64,000 bases of DNA, taken from Bugula neritina (taxonomy: Eukaryota; Animalia; Bryozoa). The stretch spans positions 9,332,741 to 9,396,740 of the forward strand of contig OZ037768.1 of the NCBI GenBank assembly GCA_964035545.1. The letters are read 5' to 3'. Shown here in pieces: positions 1-24,255 of the stretch. The stretch's first letter is position 1, and each line of letters opens with the position of its first letter. The position numbers were made by a program, and so were the translations under genes. The notes beneath the pieces were generated by a model. That model was not told the DNA's origin and did no database searches. It was given only the letters and a program-made list of their open reading frames with translations.

Positions 1-998
1 CCTCTTGATTTTGTTACCCATACCAATATTGGAATGACTTAAAGTTAATTCATTTTTGTATCGATACCGACACCAAGTTTTATACCCAGTCTGACATTGA
101 AATGATTATTTACATTTTATAGCAACCAATTCTATCTATAGTGTTTCAAAACTGTAATTTGCATCTTTACTAAGTTCAATACTCTCACTACTATTCACCA
201 TTATTGTGATCTGCATTGTATTTCACTGGTATTAAGTAGTTGGCATATTTTGTTTTGATCAGTAAGATTAGTAGATAAATACTGAAATATATTCACATTT
301 TCACTCAATTAGTTACTGAAACAAAGTATTCATATTGTAGCAGCATTATGATTGTGATTAGTTTTTCATGGTTTTGACATTTAATAATTTATAGTGATTG
401 CAGTAGTTCTAATTTTACTTTTCTACTATGAAGTTTAATAACATAGAAGTTGGGATATGTGTAGCAATTACAAAATTAATCTTCAATAAATTTTACTGCT
501 ATTAAAGTGTAAGTTCGTACTCTAGAAAACTCAAACACCACTTTTAATACAAGCAAAACCTTAGCAATTCAACTGTTGTGTTTTGTTGTTTTTTTTATTT
601 ACACATCAATGAACTTTAACCATTAACTCTAATTTTCACAACATTCCAGAATGACACTTTTAATCAGTTAATTCTGTTTATAAACTGTCGGTTATTTATG
701 ATTATTCAATTGTTTAGTTTGGTTTTTGGTTTACTATAAAACAGGAAAAAATAACATGTTAGAGCATTTCACATTCTATTTATGCTCACGAAAAGACTGC
801 AACAATTATTTTTCATTGTGCTTTGATTAGTCAGAGTAAGTAATGATATGATATGTTTAATTTATAGAAGATATTTTGGGATCACTTTTCAAAATTGTAG
901 GACAAGAATGCTAAAGTTATTCTAATTTTTATTAACTTATTATATAAATAATTGTTTTGCAGTTATAGCGATAGTTTGATAGAAATACAAGTATTATA

Positions 999-12088
<11,090 letters not shown>

Positions 12089-13693
12089 TTCACTCCTGGA
12101 ATTTCTGTGAATTCATCACACACTATGAGCTCTACAAATCACTAAAAGTACAAGAAATTATCACAAAATTCTTTTGAGCTCTTCCTCCTTCCCATGTTGG
12201 ACCAAAGAGAAAATGCAAGCACACTGTAGCCATAGCAATGCAAATTGTTGGTCTATGTTAGAAGCTTTTCGTGTTATATATTGTATTTTATACTAGCAAG
12301 CCTAATGCTAAAGCTCATATTTATTTATATAATATACTTTTTTAATGTTGGCTCTACTTTTATCAACTTTATTTTTTTATGTTGGTATCTACCACTGTAG
12401 ACAGATTGTATAGTTATTGATGGTATTATCATCGACCAAATTTTCTTACACCCTTCCACAATTTTTAGCAAGATGATTTTATTAACGTGGACAATTTATT
12501 GTCTCAAATGTAATGTTTTTTTTAATATGTTGTAGCTGGTGCTATCCTGTTTCAAACCATAGCAATTGACTAATGCCTGTTTGTGTTTATTTTGAAATTA
12601 TTAAATTGTATTGAGAATTCTTATTGGTGCCAATCTGTAAATAAAAACGGTGTTGCTATTTTCATATCATTTTAATCATTAATTTTAAAAATAAATGGCA
12701 ACAATTTAATTGACTATGTATGATTTGGCAAAAATTGGGCTGCTTGATTCAGTTACAAATATAATAATTTAGATTCAAATAACATTTTATAATAAAATTG
12801 TATTGATTTGTCAAGCAATATGTTTATGTTATTTGTGCAATTTCCATATAATGTATTGTTGTTCATAGCAGCTATATGATGATTCAGATTTATTTTTAAG
12901 GGTTAAAATTTTGTTGCAAATAAAATAAAAAGTATTATGATCAATAGCTTTTTGATGAAGCCAAAACTTGAAAAGTTTCAATGTCGTTACATATCAGTGC
13001 ACAGTGTTGCTTTGTTTTCAATAAGAGCATGAAAACCTTTTAAAACTGTCAAACCTGTGCAAACTCTGATGTTGCATAGTTATTTACAGAATAAATTGTA
13101 AACACTTAAAGTACCGGTTTAAAATATGATTACTAAGCATTTATTTGAAATATATAAAACTCTGTTGTTTATGGCAATTGTGATGAGCAAGTATATTTCT
13201 AAAGTACTGCTTGTTTTATTTATTTAACCATTGCTAAATGCTGAAACAATATAACTGATGATAATACTAAAACACAACATAATTATTGTTCCAACATAAT
13301 ACTATGCTAGGCTTTAATTGTTGGAGTTGTCTTTTCTTAAAAGCGGTCGCGCAGTTTTGCGTACATTCCTTATGTAACCCACTGAAATGGAGTATTATTT
13401 ACTCAAATTCAGTGATTTAATCATTATTTTGCAAACTTTAAATATAAGAGTATGCATAAAAACATATGATAACAAATGTTGACAAATTAATTTAAACTTA
13501 CTATTTGCACTACAAAATAAAAATAAATGTAGATATAAATTTCTTTTAGAAGTCTTGAGTTTGTAGAGTAACATTGTTACTTGGCAACTGCATTTTATCT
13601 TTTGATAGTTATCGAATTCAATATGAACATTTAGATGGGAAGCGCGAATGTGATACTGAAGTGACCGAGGAGACTGTTGAGGCATTTTTAAAA

Positions 13694-15309
13694 ATGGCAG
13701 AGCTTGACAAAAGATTTCAAGGCGCACCCTTTGGCACTCAAACTCCAAGATTTGATGTAGCTGGTGTGCATCCTGGAACCAAAATGCCTTCTTCATTTAC
13801 TCAGGTGAATTGACTTGAAACTAAAAGTAAAAGTTAGAATGCCAAAAGCAATTTCAGCAGATTATAGTTATGATTATGTATGTGCTAAAAAGTTTTAGTC
13901 ATATTTTTATTTCGATAGTGATTTTAGGACTCATAAGGTTTACTTACATTTTTAAATTTAAATAAACTGGCTTAGCTTTATTATATACAACCTTTAGTAT
14001 ACATCATTACATAAGTAGTAAAATACATGTACAGTAATTGTATACACAGATTGTAAAAATTCTTTAATTTTTACTTAAAATCTTATAATAATTTTTTGCC
14101 AACAATCAATACAAATTATTCTAATATTTATAGGTAAACTACTGTCACAGATCAATGGATGCTATAACTCGAAAGCGAGGACCAGGCATGTATGATGTTG
14201 AACAAGGTGGATTTAAACCTGAAGCTGTTGTGCGGCGTTCATCTGGTCCTGGATGGGCAAGAGAACATGAGATGAAACGTCTTGCTGCACTGCCTCATCT
14301 GCTTAATAAAGATCAATGGGAAGCACGTCGGCTGCTTGCTAGGAAACTTGGTCCAGGCTCGTATAACATAAAAGACTTTAAGCAAGCAAATGATGAAATA
14401 CCCAAGAGCAAAATTGGCATTTGTGGATATTTGGGAAAACGAATGAAATCTGCTTTTAAAGAAAAAACCCCTGGACCAGGAACATATGGTGAAGGTGGTG
14501 TCCCTCATTCTGGTATTGAGGAAAAAGCTAAAAAGTCAATGAGCACAGTAGGTTTGCTTGATGCAGTAACCAGCAGAAAAAGAGATTTACCTACAGTTGG
14601 TTGTCATCTTGGTCCTGGAAATTACAATTTCAAAGGTTCTGTAGATGAAATGCAAGAAAGAGAAGTTAGTAAACGGGGCCCATATGATTTGTTCAGCATC
14701 GATAGAAATAAACCAATCAAAACCGGCCATTTGGCAAAGTTTGGATGCTCAACATTGGGACCTGGAGAATATGACCTGGGCTCTTTCACAGATGAACCCA
14801 ATAATTATAATAGCAGCAGTAAGAAAAAGGGAATGTTTGGAAAGACCGTACAACATCCTGAAAAAGCTGAAAGGATATATTATTCTACTCTTAGCCAAGT
14901 GCCAATGCCTGAAGCTAGTGACAGACCAGGTCCTACATCTTATGATCCAAAGATTGAGTATCCCAAACCACAAAATCATGGCGCAGCTGGATTTTTATCA
15001 GAGTCTCTCAGGAATGATAAAAGATCAATGAATTTTTTCACTGGCAATTTCAATTCCGTTGGAGCAGGTCGATACGAAGTGCAGAAGTTCCATGAGGCTG
15101 AGCATAGGAATGGGCATGAAAGTGTATTTAAATCAAAGGTAGGCCGATTAGCGCACCACCAAGAGTTTGCTTTCCGTGAAAGAATTCGGCAAAAAGATGT
15201 TAAAAAGTCAGATAGAGTACATCTTTTGGAGCCTGAGCAGCCACCCTATTACTATAAGAATAATTTAACAGACCACTATAGCCAAACCAAATCTATTACT
15301 GTTGCTTAA
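13694..15309 (+). CDS. CIMAP2: Ciliary microtubule-associated protein 2 / lymphocyte expansion molecule (SHIPPO PGPGxY repeats), 2 coding exons
   Basis: Exons 13694-13804 and 14134-15309, both phase 0. FQGAPFGTQTPRFDV, KLGPGSYNIKDF, RGPYDLFS, ERIYYSTLSQ and VGAGRY match the recalled human LEXM/C1orf177 sequence; multiple GPGxY repeats. Confidence 0.88.
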
Positions 15310-15854
15310 TGTGACTCTATATGCAATTAAGCCAGCTTTTTATTAATATGCTAAAATAGATGTAGTTAGGCCAGGTAATTTTATGCATCTATTTCCTTAT
15401 ATTTTGTTATTTAAAAAAAATATTGGATGTTTGCTTATGCTCAACTATTTTTCCAGCCCCATTGCTCAAGGTATTGAAATTTTTTAACTTATATTTTATA
15501 GTAAAATCTATTGTGTATTGTCTTGCTCAATATTTGTTTTTCATCTTTTTGTGGCTTTACTTTTGCATCCTGTTATGAATTTCAACATGGGGCAGGCAGT
15601 ACATTTATTTTCAAGTAAAAATATTTTGTTATTTCAGCGAATTTACTGTTTATAACATATTTCTACAATTTATTTATAAATGACAGATTTGTATTTTTAT
15701 TGTAATTTGTATTAAAAAATATATCAATAATGAATTAAAAAAAAAACTGCAACTTTGCAATAATAATAAATATATCATAGGTAAATGCAATGCAATGAGG
15801 GTAATAAAAATAAGTTGCAAGTAGAGCCATTGAGTCCATTACTCATGTTGTCCT

Positions 15855-18800
15855 CTAAAGTGTTGATAGTTTCACCTTTACAACTTCGTGTATGTCTGGG
15901 ATGTTAGTGATGGAAAAAATATTTACCCCTGGTCTAAAAAAGATTTAAAGTACGCTAGAGACATACCATATAAACATTGAAATCCACGCGCATTCAGATA
16001 TAATTATTCTATAAAAAAATTTTATTTCAATTAAAGATATTAATAAGCAAAATTATGAGAAACATAAAACATTACTGGACATCCTCAGGTAGTTTTATAA
16101 AATTGTTTGATTAAAAATGATTTGATAAGGCTCTTAGTGTAAATACATATTTTTTATATTATGTACAAATAGATACAACATCATTATAAATGGATGACTT
16201 TATCATGTAATTAGACAGTTGAATTTTCCAAAAACCCACAAATTTAAAGGAGTGATTGCATAACTAACCATAAGATGGTACTTGCCTGATTTCGTGGAAC
16301 TGATAAAACACATGTATGTTAACAGCTGGCTCTAATATGCGAAATGAGATTTTCTCTTTCAAAGATTCTATAGTGTCTGAACAATCAACTTTTATGCTAA
16401 AAAACAAAATGAAACTACATATTAAGCGCTATTTAAAGGGGGTTTAGTTTTCCCATATAATAAACACTGGTTATAGTTAATATATTGAAAACTCAACTTT
16501 ATAATGCTTGATAAACGGTCTGTTATTTTTAGTTTGGCCATTCACAAAAAGTACAATAGTATAATAGGTTAAACTATCAACTTACAGAATTGAAGTATAA
16601 GATTTCAGCTGTTCCACTAATTCATCCATTGAATCATTAGAACTAGTCATATCTGCAATATAATACCTCTACCTTATTATGTATGAAACTTTACAGGTTT
16701 CTGTTTGCTACTAGAGTTATTTAATCAAACTCTATATAAAGCAAAGTTCATTTCACCATTTAAAATAATGATTCATTAGATTCAAATCAGACACCCACTA
16801 CTGACTGCACACACAGTTTACTTCCACACTGTCCATTAGGGCAACGCCTGCTCTCTTAACAACATTGAATATTTCTTAAGTAAATTTAAATTAGCAAGCA
16901 TGAAATAATTTCTTCCATCATTGTATATGTGGTTAATACCAAAAATGCTATATTCTTTTAGTTAATTAAATTACTTATGACGCAAGCATGGTTTAGAGAA
17001 GACAACTTCTCTTGCCAAAAACATACAAATATACATAAAATATGGTTAGAAACAAGCTTCAATTTGAGCATTTACTCACTCAGTTAATCACCATAGCCAC
17101 CTACCATTCTGATTATAAATAGTTTTGCTACGTTCGATAAACAATAACATAAAATACAAACATAACGTGTTTAGATAAAAACCAGTTCTTACAAGTCACA
17201 AAATTGACAGAGAAACACTGGTTTATTGAATTACCTTCTGGTAAAACTTGGAGAGAAAAATAAACGTGTTTATGTTTCTTAATCACATTCGGCCACACAG
17301 GACTGTTTAGGCCTGATGCATAAGATGGTGCTTGATCTGAAGAAGATAAAGAAATCATACAATAAAGATATCAAATTTTCATTTTTAAGCTATACTTCTA
17401 AAAATTTTATTTTGTTAACAACAACCATTTCCAAAAAGTAGATATAATCAATAACAATTAAATGCTATTTCTAACCTTGAAAAGTCAATGCTATTACAAT
17501 TCCCTGAGACATCAATATAAATAACCATCAGGTGGAGGCAAATCACAGAATGATTGATCTCATGCACAACATATGTTAGTATCATATTAGCAATATTGCA
17601 ATTAAATCAATAATAACAAATCAAACAAATCAACAGAATAAACCTAACATCTAATTTGAACAAAAGTGAGTAGTGAGAACTTAACTCCCAACCAATCTCA
17701 GTTTACACTTTAAAGTTAGTTGGTGCAATTATTTATAACAACCAGGTTGAAGTTATATCAAGAACAGGTTGTGATATACACCTTTTATAACTTTATGTAA
17801 GTAACTGAGGCAGCCTATTTCCTATTTTACCTTCGTGATAACAAGCTTAAGTAAATGTAGGTTAAGCAATAATTGGGAGCACTAGATGGTTGAGAACATA
17901 ACTCCAAGAAAAAAATTTTAAATTCTAGTAATACTACTACTGAAAGGGTCACAAATAAAATTGCTTTTATAGTTTAAAACTTTCTGCATCTTTTAAATAA
18001 CATAACAGTTTGTCTGGCTTCTGATCGAAAGAAAAAAAAGTATAGAGAATCATAACTCACTGTAGTCTAATACAACGTCTTTTTATCAATAGTGGATTTA
18101 CTTAAAATGCACTATTTTTAGGAACAAAATCAAAAGATGATTTGATAAATTTGGAATAAATTTTGACATAAAAAAAATTATAACTAAGCTATGACATGAA
18201 CTGATATAACGGCACTTGGAAGATAATAAAAACCGGTTCGGTTTGAAGATTTTAATTAACTTCAGCACTGCATCCAGTATGTTGAAACAAAACTTTTGTA
18301 ATACTGACATCAAGGTCAAGAACTTACAATGTCAACCTCACAACAGTGTTCTCATTTATTACAAAACTCAACACTCATCAGTTTTCTCAAGAGTGACAAA
18401 GTTAAGAGAATCATTTTGTGTGTGTTTGAATCATTAATAAAAAAACCTATAAGGCAAACAAGAACTAAAATAAAAAATATATCAGAACATCACAAACCTG
18501 GAAGATGAAGGCTTTTCCCAGTTACATAATAAAGATGTTTATTTCTAGAGCTTTTGGGGCATTTAAAGATGTATTTAAGTCTGTAGTCATCTTCAGAATT
18601 CACTTGTTGAACTTAAAACAATAATAACATAATTACTGTTTATTATTGTTATAACATATTATTATGACATATAGAATCAAAATGAATGTGGCCTGGGGAT
18701 GTGCAAGCCAGCACACACCGGATAAACACAGAGAGTTGGCATCAGGAAAGGCATCCGGCTGTGAAACCTTGCTACATTAGTACATTATACAGGAAACCAA

Positions 18801-21800
18801 ACGACAATCAGTGAATGCTAGGGCATACCCCGTAAGCTACGCGCAGCAGGGCTTCCTTCGACCTGCGGTGAGAAGACAGAGGGACAAAACCAGCATATCA
18901 GAGCGGCCACAGTCAATATCAGAACACTTACAGGGAAAGGGAGGGTGATAGCTGCCATGATGAAAACCAGAAAGCTTGACATCTTATGTCTACAGGAGAC
19001 CAGGTAGACAGGAAGAAAATCTAAAGGGAAAGCTCGAAACCTCGGAGATGGATGTAAACGGTACTTCGTACAGTGGTGGAGTGAAAATTAGAAACGGAGT
19101 TGGCATCTGTCTGAATGAGTACTGGCAGGACAAGGTGATAGATGTAGTGAGGAAATCAGATAGGTTAGTAACAATGAAGTTGGTAACATCTGCAAAGAAC
19201 TACAATATCATGTCAGCCTACGCCCCGCAGCAGGGTTGTAGTGAGGAGGAGAAAATGTGTTTTGGAACCAACAAGAAGATGAGATTAGCCGGATACCAGA
19301 CACAGAACAGTTGATGTTGGCCGGGATCTGAATAGTCACATAGGACAGGAGAGAACTGGTTACAGAAGATGGCATGGTGGTGAAACAGTAGGACAGAGAA
19401 ACCAGGAGGGAGAGTGCATTCTAGAGATTGCTAGGATACATGATTTGGCCGTTATAAACACGTTCTTTCACAAGAAGGAGGAGCACTTGATAACATTCAG
19501 GAGTGGGAAATACCATTTTGTGATTGACTAAATACTTGTGAGAAGGGAGGCAATGGGCAAAATCAGGAACTGCAAGGTCATTCCTGGTGAGTCTATTGCT
19601 ACACAGCACAGGCTCATGGTGATGGACACGAGAGAAAGGAAAAGCAAGGAGAAGAAGAGGAGGCGTAAGGAGAGAATAAGATGGTGGAAACTGAAGGAGA
19701 GTGAAGGGCAAGAGTTTGTAGATAAGCTTGCAGAGACCATAGGGGAGCAATGGGATAGATTAGGAAGGATGTGGAACAACACAATGACAGAGCAATGGAA
19801 ATCGCTAAAGATAAACTAAGAGTATCGGTTGGTGGAAAATATCTGGAAAAAGAATCATGGTGGTGAAACTCAGAGGTCCAGGAGAATGACAAGAGGAATG
19901 CATTTAAGAAATGGAAGACAACAAGAATAGAAGGTGAGGAATAAGAAAGCAGACAGGCAGAGGAACAGTATAGAGATTTGAACAAGAAGGCTAAAGAAGA
20001 AGTGGCGAAAGAAAAAAAGAAGGCTTATGAGCAGTTGTATAAAGACCTTGAAGAGAATGGAGTGAAAAGCCTTTACAAACTAGCTAAGACCAGAAAGAGA
20101 AGATCTTTGGATTTAGACAGGATGAAGTTTGTGAAAGATAGCAAAGGGACAATAGTTTCAGAGGGTGAAGAGATCAAGGAAAGATGGCGACAGTATTTCA
20201 GTTTGTTATTGAATACCAAGAACAAGAGTAAAGAATTAAAGGAGGCTGGTAAAATAGAGAGACCTATCACTCAGATTACTAGAGAGGAAATAAAGAAGCA
20301 ACTAAAGAAAATGAAGAATGGTAAGGCTGCTGGACCCGATGAGTTCTCGATGGAGAGAGTGAAAAAGCATGGAGATCTTGGCCTAGACTGGATTACAACG
20401 GTACTAAGGGAGGTGCAGGATGAAGGTATACCAGAAGAATGGAGGAGAAGCAAGATGACACCAATCTACAAACAGAAATGGGACCCCTTGGTAATTACAG
20501 AGGGATCAAACTGCCGAGCCACTGTCTCAAGCTATGGGAGAGGGTAGTGGAGAATAGGATTAGGGGCTTGGTAGAGATATTGGACAGGCAATATGAATTA
20601 CAACCTAGAAAGTCAACAGTACAACCAATGTTCTGCCTCCGGATGTTACAGGAGAAGATGAGAGAATATCAAACAGACCTTCACATGGTATTCGTTGATC
20701 TAGAAAAAGCGTACGATACGGTGCCACGAGAACTCATATGGTACTGTTTAAGAAAGAAAGGTGTACCAGAGCATATGTTGGGATTATCCGGGATATGTAC
20801 AAGAACTGCACTACATCAGTTACAACCAGTGAAGGAGCAACAGAAGAGATAGACATCGAAGTGGGGTTGCACCAGGGATCTGCTTGAGTCCTTTCCTGTT
20901 CATAGTCATATTGGATGTAATCTCAGAAAAAATAGATGAGGAAACACCGTGGGCAATGCTCTTTGCAGATGACCTAATTATTTGCGATAGAGAGGGAGGA
21001 CGAGTAGAAGAGAGATTAGAGACATGGTGTGGACATCTAGAGGACGCAGGTCTCAAGGTGAGCCGGAAGAAAACTGGGCATTTTCCACCAATGGAAAGCA
21101 CCACCAGGGTCAGAATGAAGAGATATGACCAGGGAGATTACACTGAGCTACTAACAACAAACAAGTTCAAGTGTTTGGGGACGATGATAGATCAAGATGG
21201 AGGCTGTGGGGCGGAAGTCACAAGAAGAATAAGCGCAGCATGGGATCGATGGAGGGACCTATCAGGAGTTCTGTGTGATAAAAAAGCGCCTAAGCAACTG
21301 AAGGTATTACTCTACAAAACAATCATAAAACCAACACTGATATATGGCAATGAAACATGGCCCATCACCCAGAGGCAAGAACAAAGGATAGAGGCAATCG
21401 AAATGCGAATGCTCAGACACATACATGGAATAAACTGGGAGGATCATGTTAGGAATGAAGACATAAAGAGCGAAGCTAAGGTTAAACCTGTGTCTAGGCA
21501 TATGAGGAAGAGAAGACTTCAGTGGTATGGTCATGTGCAGAGGAGAGATAGTGAAGAAGATATTATATATGTGACTGAGTTGAAAATAGTGGGGAAAAGA
21601 AAGAGAGGACGGCCCAAACGAAGATGGATGGACACGATAGGAGATGACATGAAGCGTTGGGGCCTTAAACCAGAGAATGCAGAAGACCGGTAAAGACGGC
21701 GGACGCTGATAGAGATTGGAAGCCTGCAGACCGGTCACCCGTACAGAACTACGACCGTATAGGTGTGAGAGGTGTGAAATATAGAATCAAAATGCATGAA

Positions 21801-24255
21801 CATAACAAGATCATGATGGAAAAATGTAACTGACAAATGCAAAACAATAACAATGCGAATATATACATACAATATATACATTTTTGTACGAATATGAAAT
21901 AGCGCTTTCGTTACAAGTGTTGAATTATATTGCCACTATGCACTTATATTACAGTTTCTACGGTTAACAATATAGGATCAATAGTTTGACAGCTCAACTG
22001 AAAACATGAGGTTTGATTGAATGCATAAAACTAAAGCTTTAAAATCCAGGTTCAGTAAACAGCAAGTACTGTGAGCAGTACAGCAGTGAGCAGTACAGCA
22101 GTGAACAGTACAAGAGTGAACTTTGAACCTACCATTGCTATAGTCAGGGAATTTGGCATGGAAAAAATATCCCTTTTTGTACTCTAGATCTTTGCTGCCA
22201 ATATGAGGCCCATCATGCAGTTGTGACTGCGATGAAGTCCGAGTTAGATCATCTTGATTTTGTCTATCGATATATCGATATCGAACTGTTCCATCGGGTA
22301 GGTCAACCAAAACAGGAACATCTATCAAGTGAGTCTACAAATACAAATCGTTTTAGCGTAGGGCCACACGACGCGTTTTACGCGCTCGTGACGTGCGAGA
22401 AAACCCGTACCGACCTGCCACACACAGTGCGTGTGTTGCGAGTGCAAAAATTTATTAGCTAATGATGTTAGTGTTAAACTTTACTGCTCACCTACAGACG
22501 TTTGTTTATAAAACTACGTCATCGGCAAAGTGACTTTAGATATTATAAAAGCAGAAATGCAAATTATATGAAACTGTTTTAATTCAGTTCGCTAAAAGCT
22601 AAAACGTAAATTGAAATAAAAAAGTGTGCTCGCTAAATGATAATAAGCCAATCAGATCAAACACGCACGAGCTTGCCGAACTTCTCGCTCAGCATGTTAG
22701 ACGCATAAGAATTTTTGGGCTAAACGGGTTTTCTCGCACGTCACATGCGTGGAAAACGCGTCGTGTGGCCCTACGCTTAGTCAGTGCTAAATGTTGACTG
22801 CTGAAAACTGCAGAAATCAACAAGATTTTTCCTTTTGTTTTTTTTTAAATTGACAATTTTTTGCATAAAATTTAACATAAATTGCTGAAAATGTGTTGAA
22901 TTTTTTAATAAAAACATTTTGCTGAAACTGATGAATGTGAAAATTGATTGTAATTCATACCTAACAATTCCCAAAGCTTTACATGCAAATAGAGAAAAAA
23001 TATGTGCGTGTGGTGTGTGTGTATATAATTTAGTGTAAAGCTAATTCCAAAATCTACAGGATTCACAGCCTTATTTAAAATTAGTGTCTTATTGTCTTTA
23101 AGGCCAGAGGTTGAAGTAAAAAGTAGCAACTTCCAGATTTATAACAACTCAAACATTTATGAATGTTTGTTGAGTTTTGAGTTTGCTGACTAGCATTAGC
23201 CTTAGGCTTAGCAGTTTATAACGTAAATTTGAAAATATTACACATACATCTTATCCTGTGCCTACGATACTAATTCTAAAATAGAATAATCTATTGTAGA
23301 ACTAGAGGTTGATTTGTACTGAGTTTGATGACCCAATATTGTTACGGTTTTGCGGGTTTGTATGAAATAGATTACGTAGTCTACATGCCAGTACTATTAT
23401 TTGCTGAATAAAAGTCTTCTTTGAATGTTGAGTATAATAGTCTTTATTTATGTATAGTTGTTTCCTCGGCGAGCTCCAGTGCAAGACTAATTTTACACTA
23501 GAAATTCTCGCCCCTCTATATCAATAAAATTTCCCGCCACTTTGGGGGTCTGAAACTCGGCCGAGGTTCGGAGTTCCGCCAGCCGAAGTCGGAAAGGATC
23601 TGTACGAAATCGTACAGACCCTTCCGAAGTCGCACCTTTGGCTCCGACTTCGGCTCACATACACGTTAATCACTTAATAGCAAAAAAGTGGCGGGGAACA
23701 TAACTCAACAAAAACTATTACATTATTTTATAAACAAAAAAAAAATAGGAAGGGCAATTCACAATCATTACGCTAAGAGCTTAGCTATAATTACGATATT
23801 GAAGGCATTGGAAAGTTACGCAAGGAGCTTAGCTATAATTACAACATTCAACAGCATTTAGAAAGTTATGCCAAGTCAGTTATAATAGTGACGCGATATA
23901 ATTACTAGAGCGTTAAAATCCATTACAATATCAAGACCGAGTGATTTAATTTAGAACTCAAGAGCCGCACTTGATGATTGTCACAAATTCATTTTGATAG
24001 AACTATCATGAATATAACTATAAGATTGGAGCGACTCGTCATATTATTACCATTAGCAATATAATAATGATTAACTACCATTAGTAATTAGCCATTCAGT
24101 GAATGATTCACTATGACACTCACACTGAGTATAGTTATAGTAATTACTAAATTAGTACTTACCTTTTTAGCTGCCTGTGCAACCTTAGAAGCATATTCAA
24201 CCCTAGGGTTAATGGATACACCTACATCTGGCTGCGAACTTGGTGCAGATCCCAT
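15855..24255 (-). CDS. Uncharacterised 219-aa protein with N-myristoylation motif and C-terminal ubiquitin-like fold, 7 coding exons
   Basis: Minus-strand exons 24255-24163, 22226-22133, 18611-18498, 17336-17235, 16652-16586, 16396-16286 (GC donor AG|GCAAGT), 15933-15855 join in frame to 660 nt with no internal stop. Begins MGSAPSS; contains LIKVDCSDTIESLKEKISF. Confidence 0.75.
18685..21778 (+). mobile_element. RTE-clade non-LTR retrotransposon (APE endonuclease + reverse transcriptase), near full-length, disrupted by stops and frameshifts
   Basis: Endonuclease motifs (LDILCLQET, NGVGI, SAYAPQ, PGESIATQHRL); RT motifs (FVDLEKAYD, FADD, RRLQWYGHVQRR, GKRKRGRPKRRW). Perfect 16-bp TSD ATATAGAATCAAAATG at 18669-18684 and 21779-21794; tail of two AGGTGTGA repeats. 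Antisense in intron 2 of the ubiquitin-like gene. Confidence 0.95.
22356..22776. mobile_element. PIF/Harbinger-like MITE (421 bp)
   Basis: About 50-bp terminal inverted repeats (TIRs) GCGTAGGGCCACACGACGCGTTTT...AAAACGCGTCGTGTGGCCCTACGC; TTA on both sides (22353-22355, 22777-22779). Confidence 0.85.
23531..23698. repeat. GC-rich nested palindrome, probable small MITE remnant
   Basis: Outer inverted repeat CCCGCCACTTT/AAAGTGGCGGG; inner AGCCGAAGTCGGA/TCCGACTTCGGCT; core hairpin TCTGTACGA-aa-TCGTACAGA. No TSD identified. Confidence 0.6.

Noticed and set aside
19421-21738. Minus-strand ORFs inside the RTE
   Set aside because: Shadows of the purine-rich sense ORF.
22060-22290. 15-bp tandem repeat (GCAGTACAGCAGTGA) and overlapping TATCGATA motifs
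   Set aside because: Short local duplications in introns with no evidence of function.
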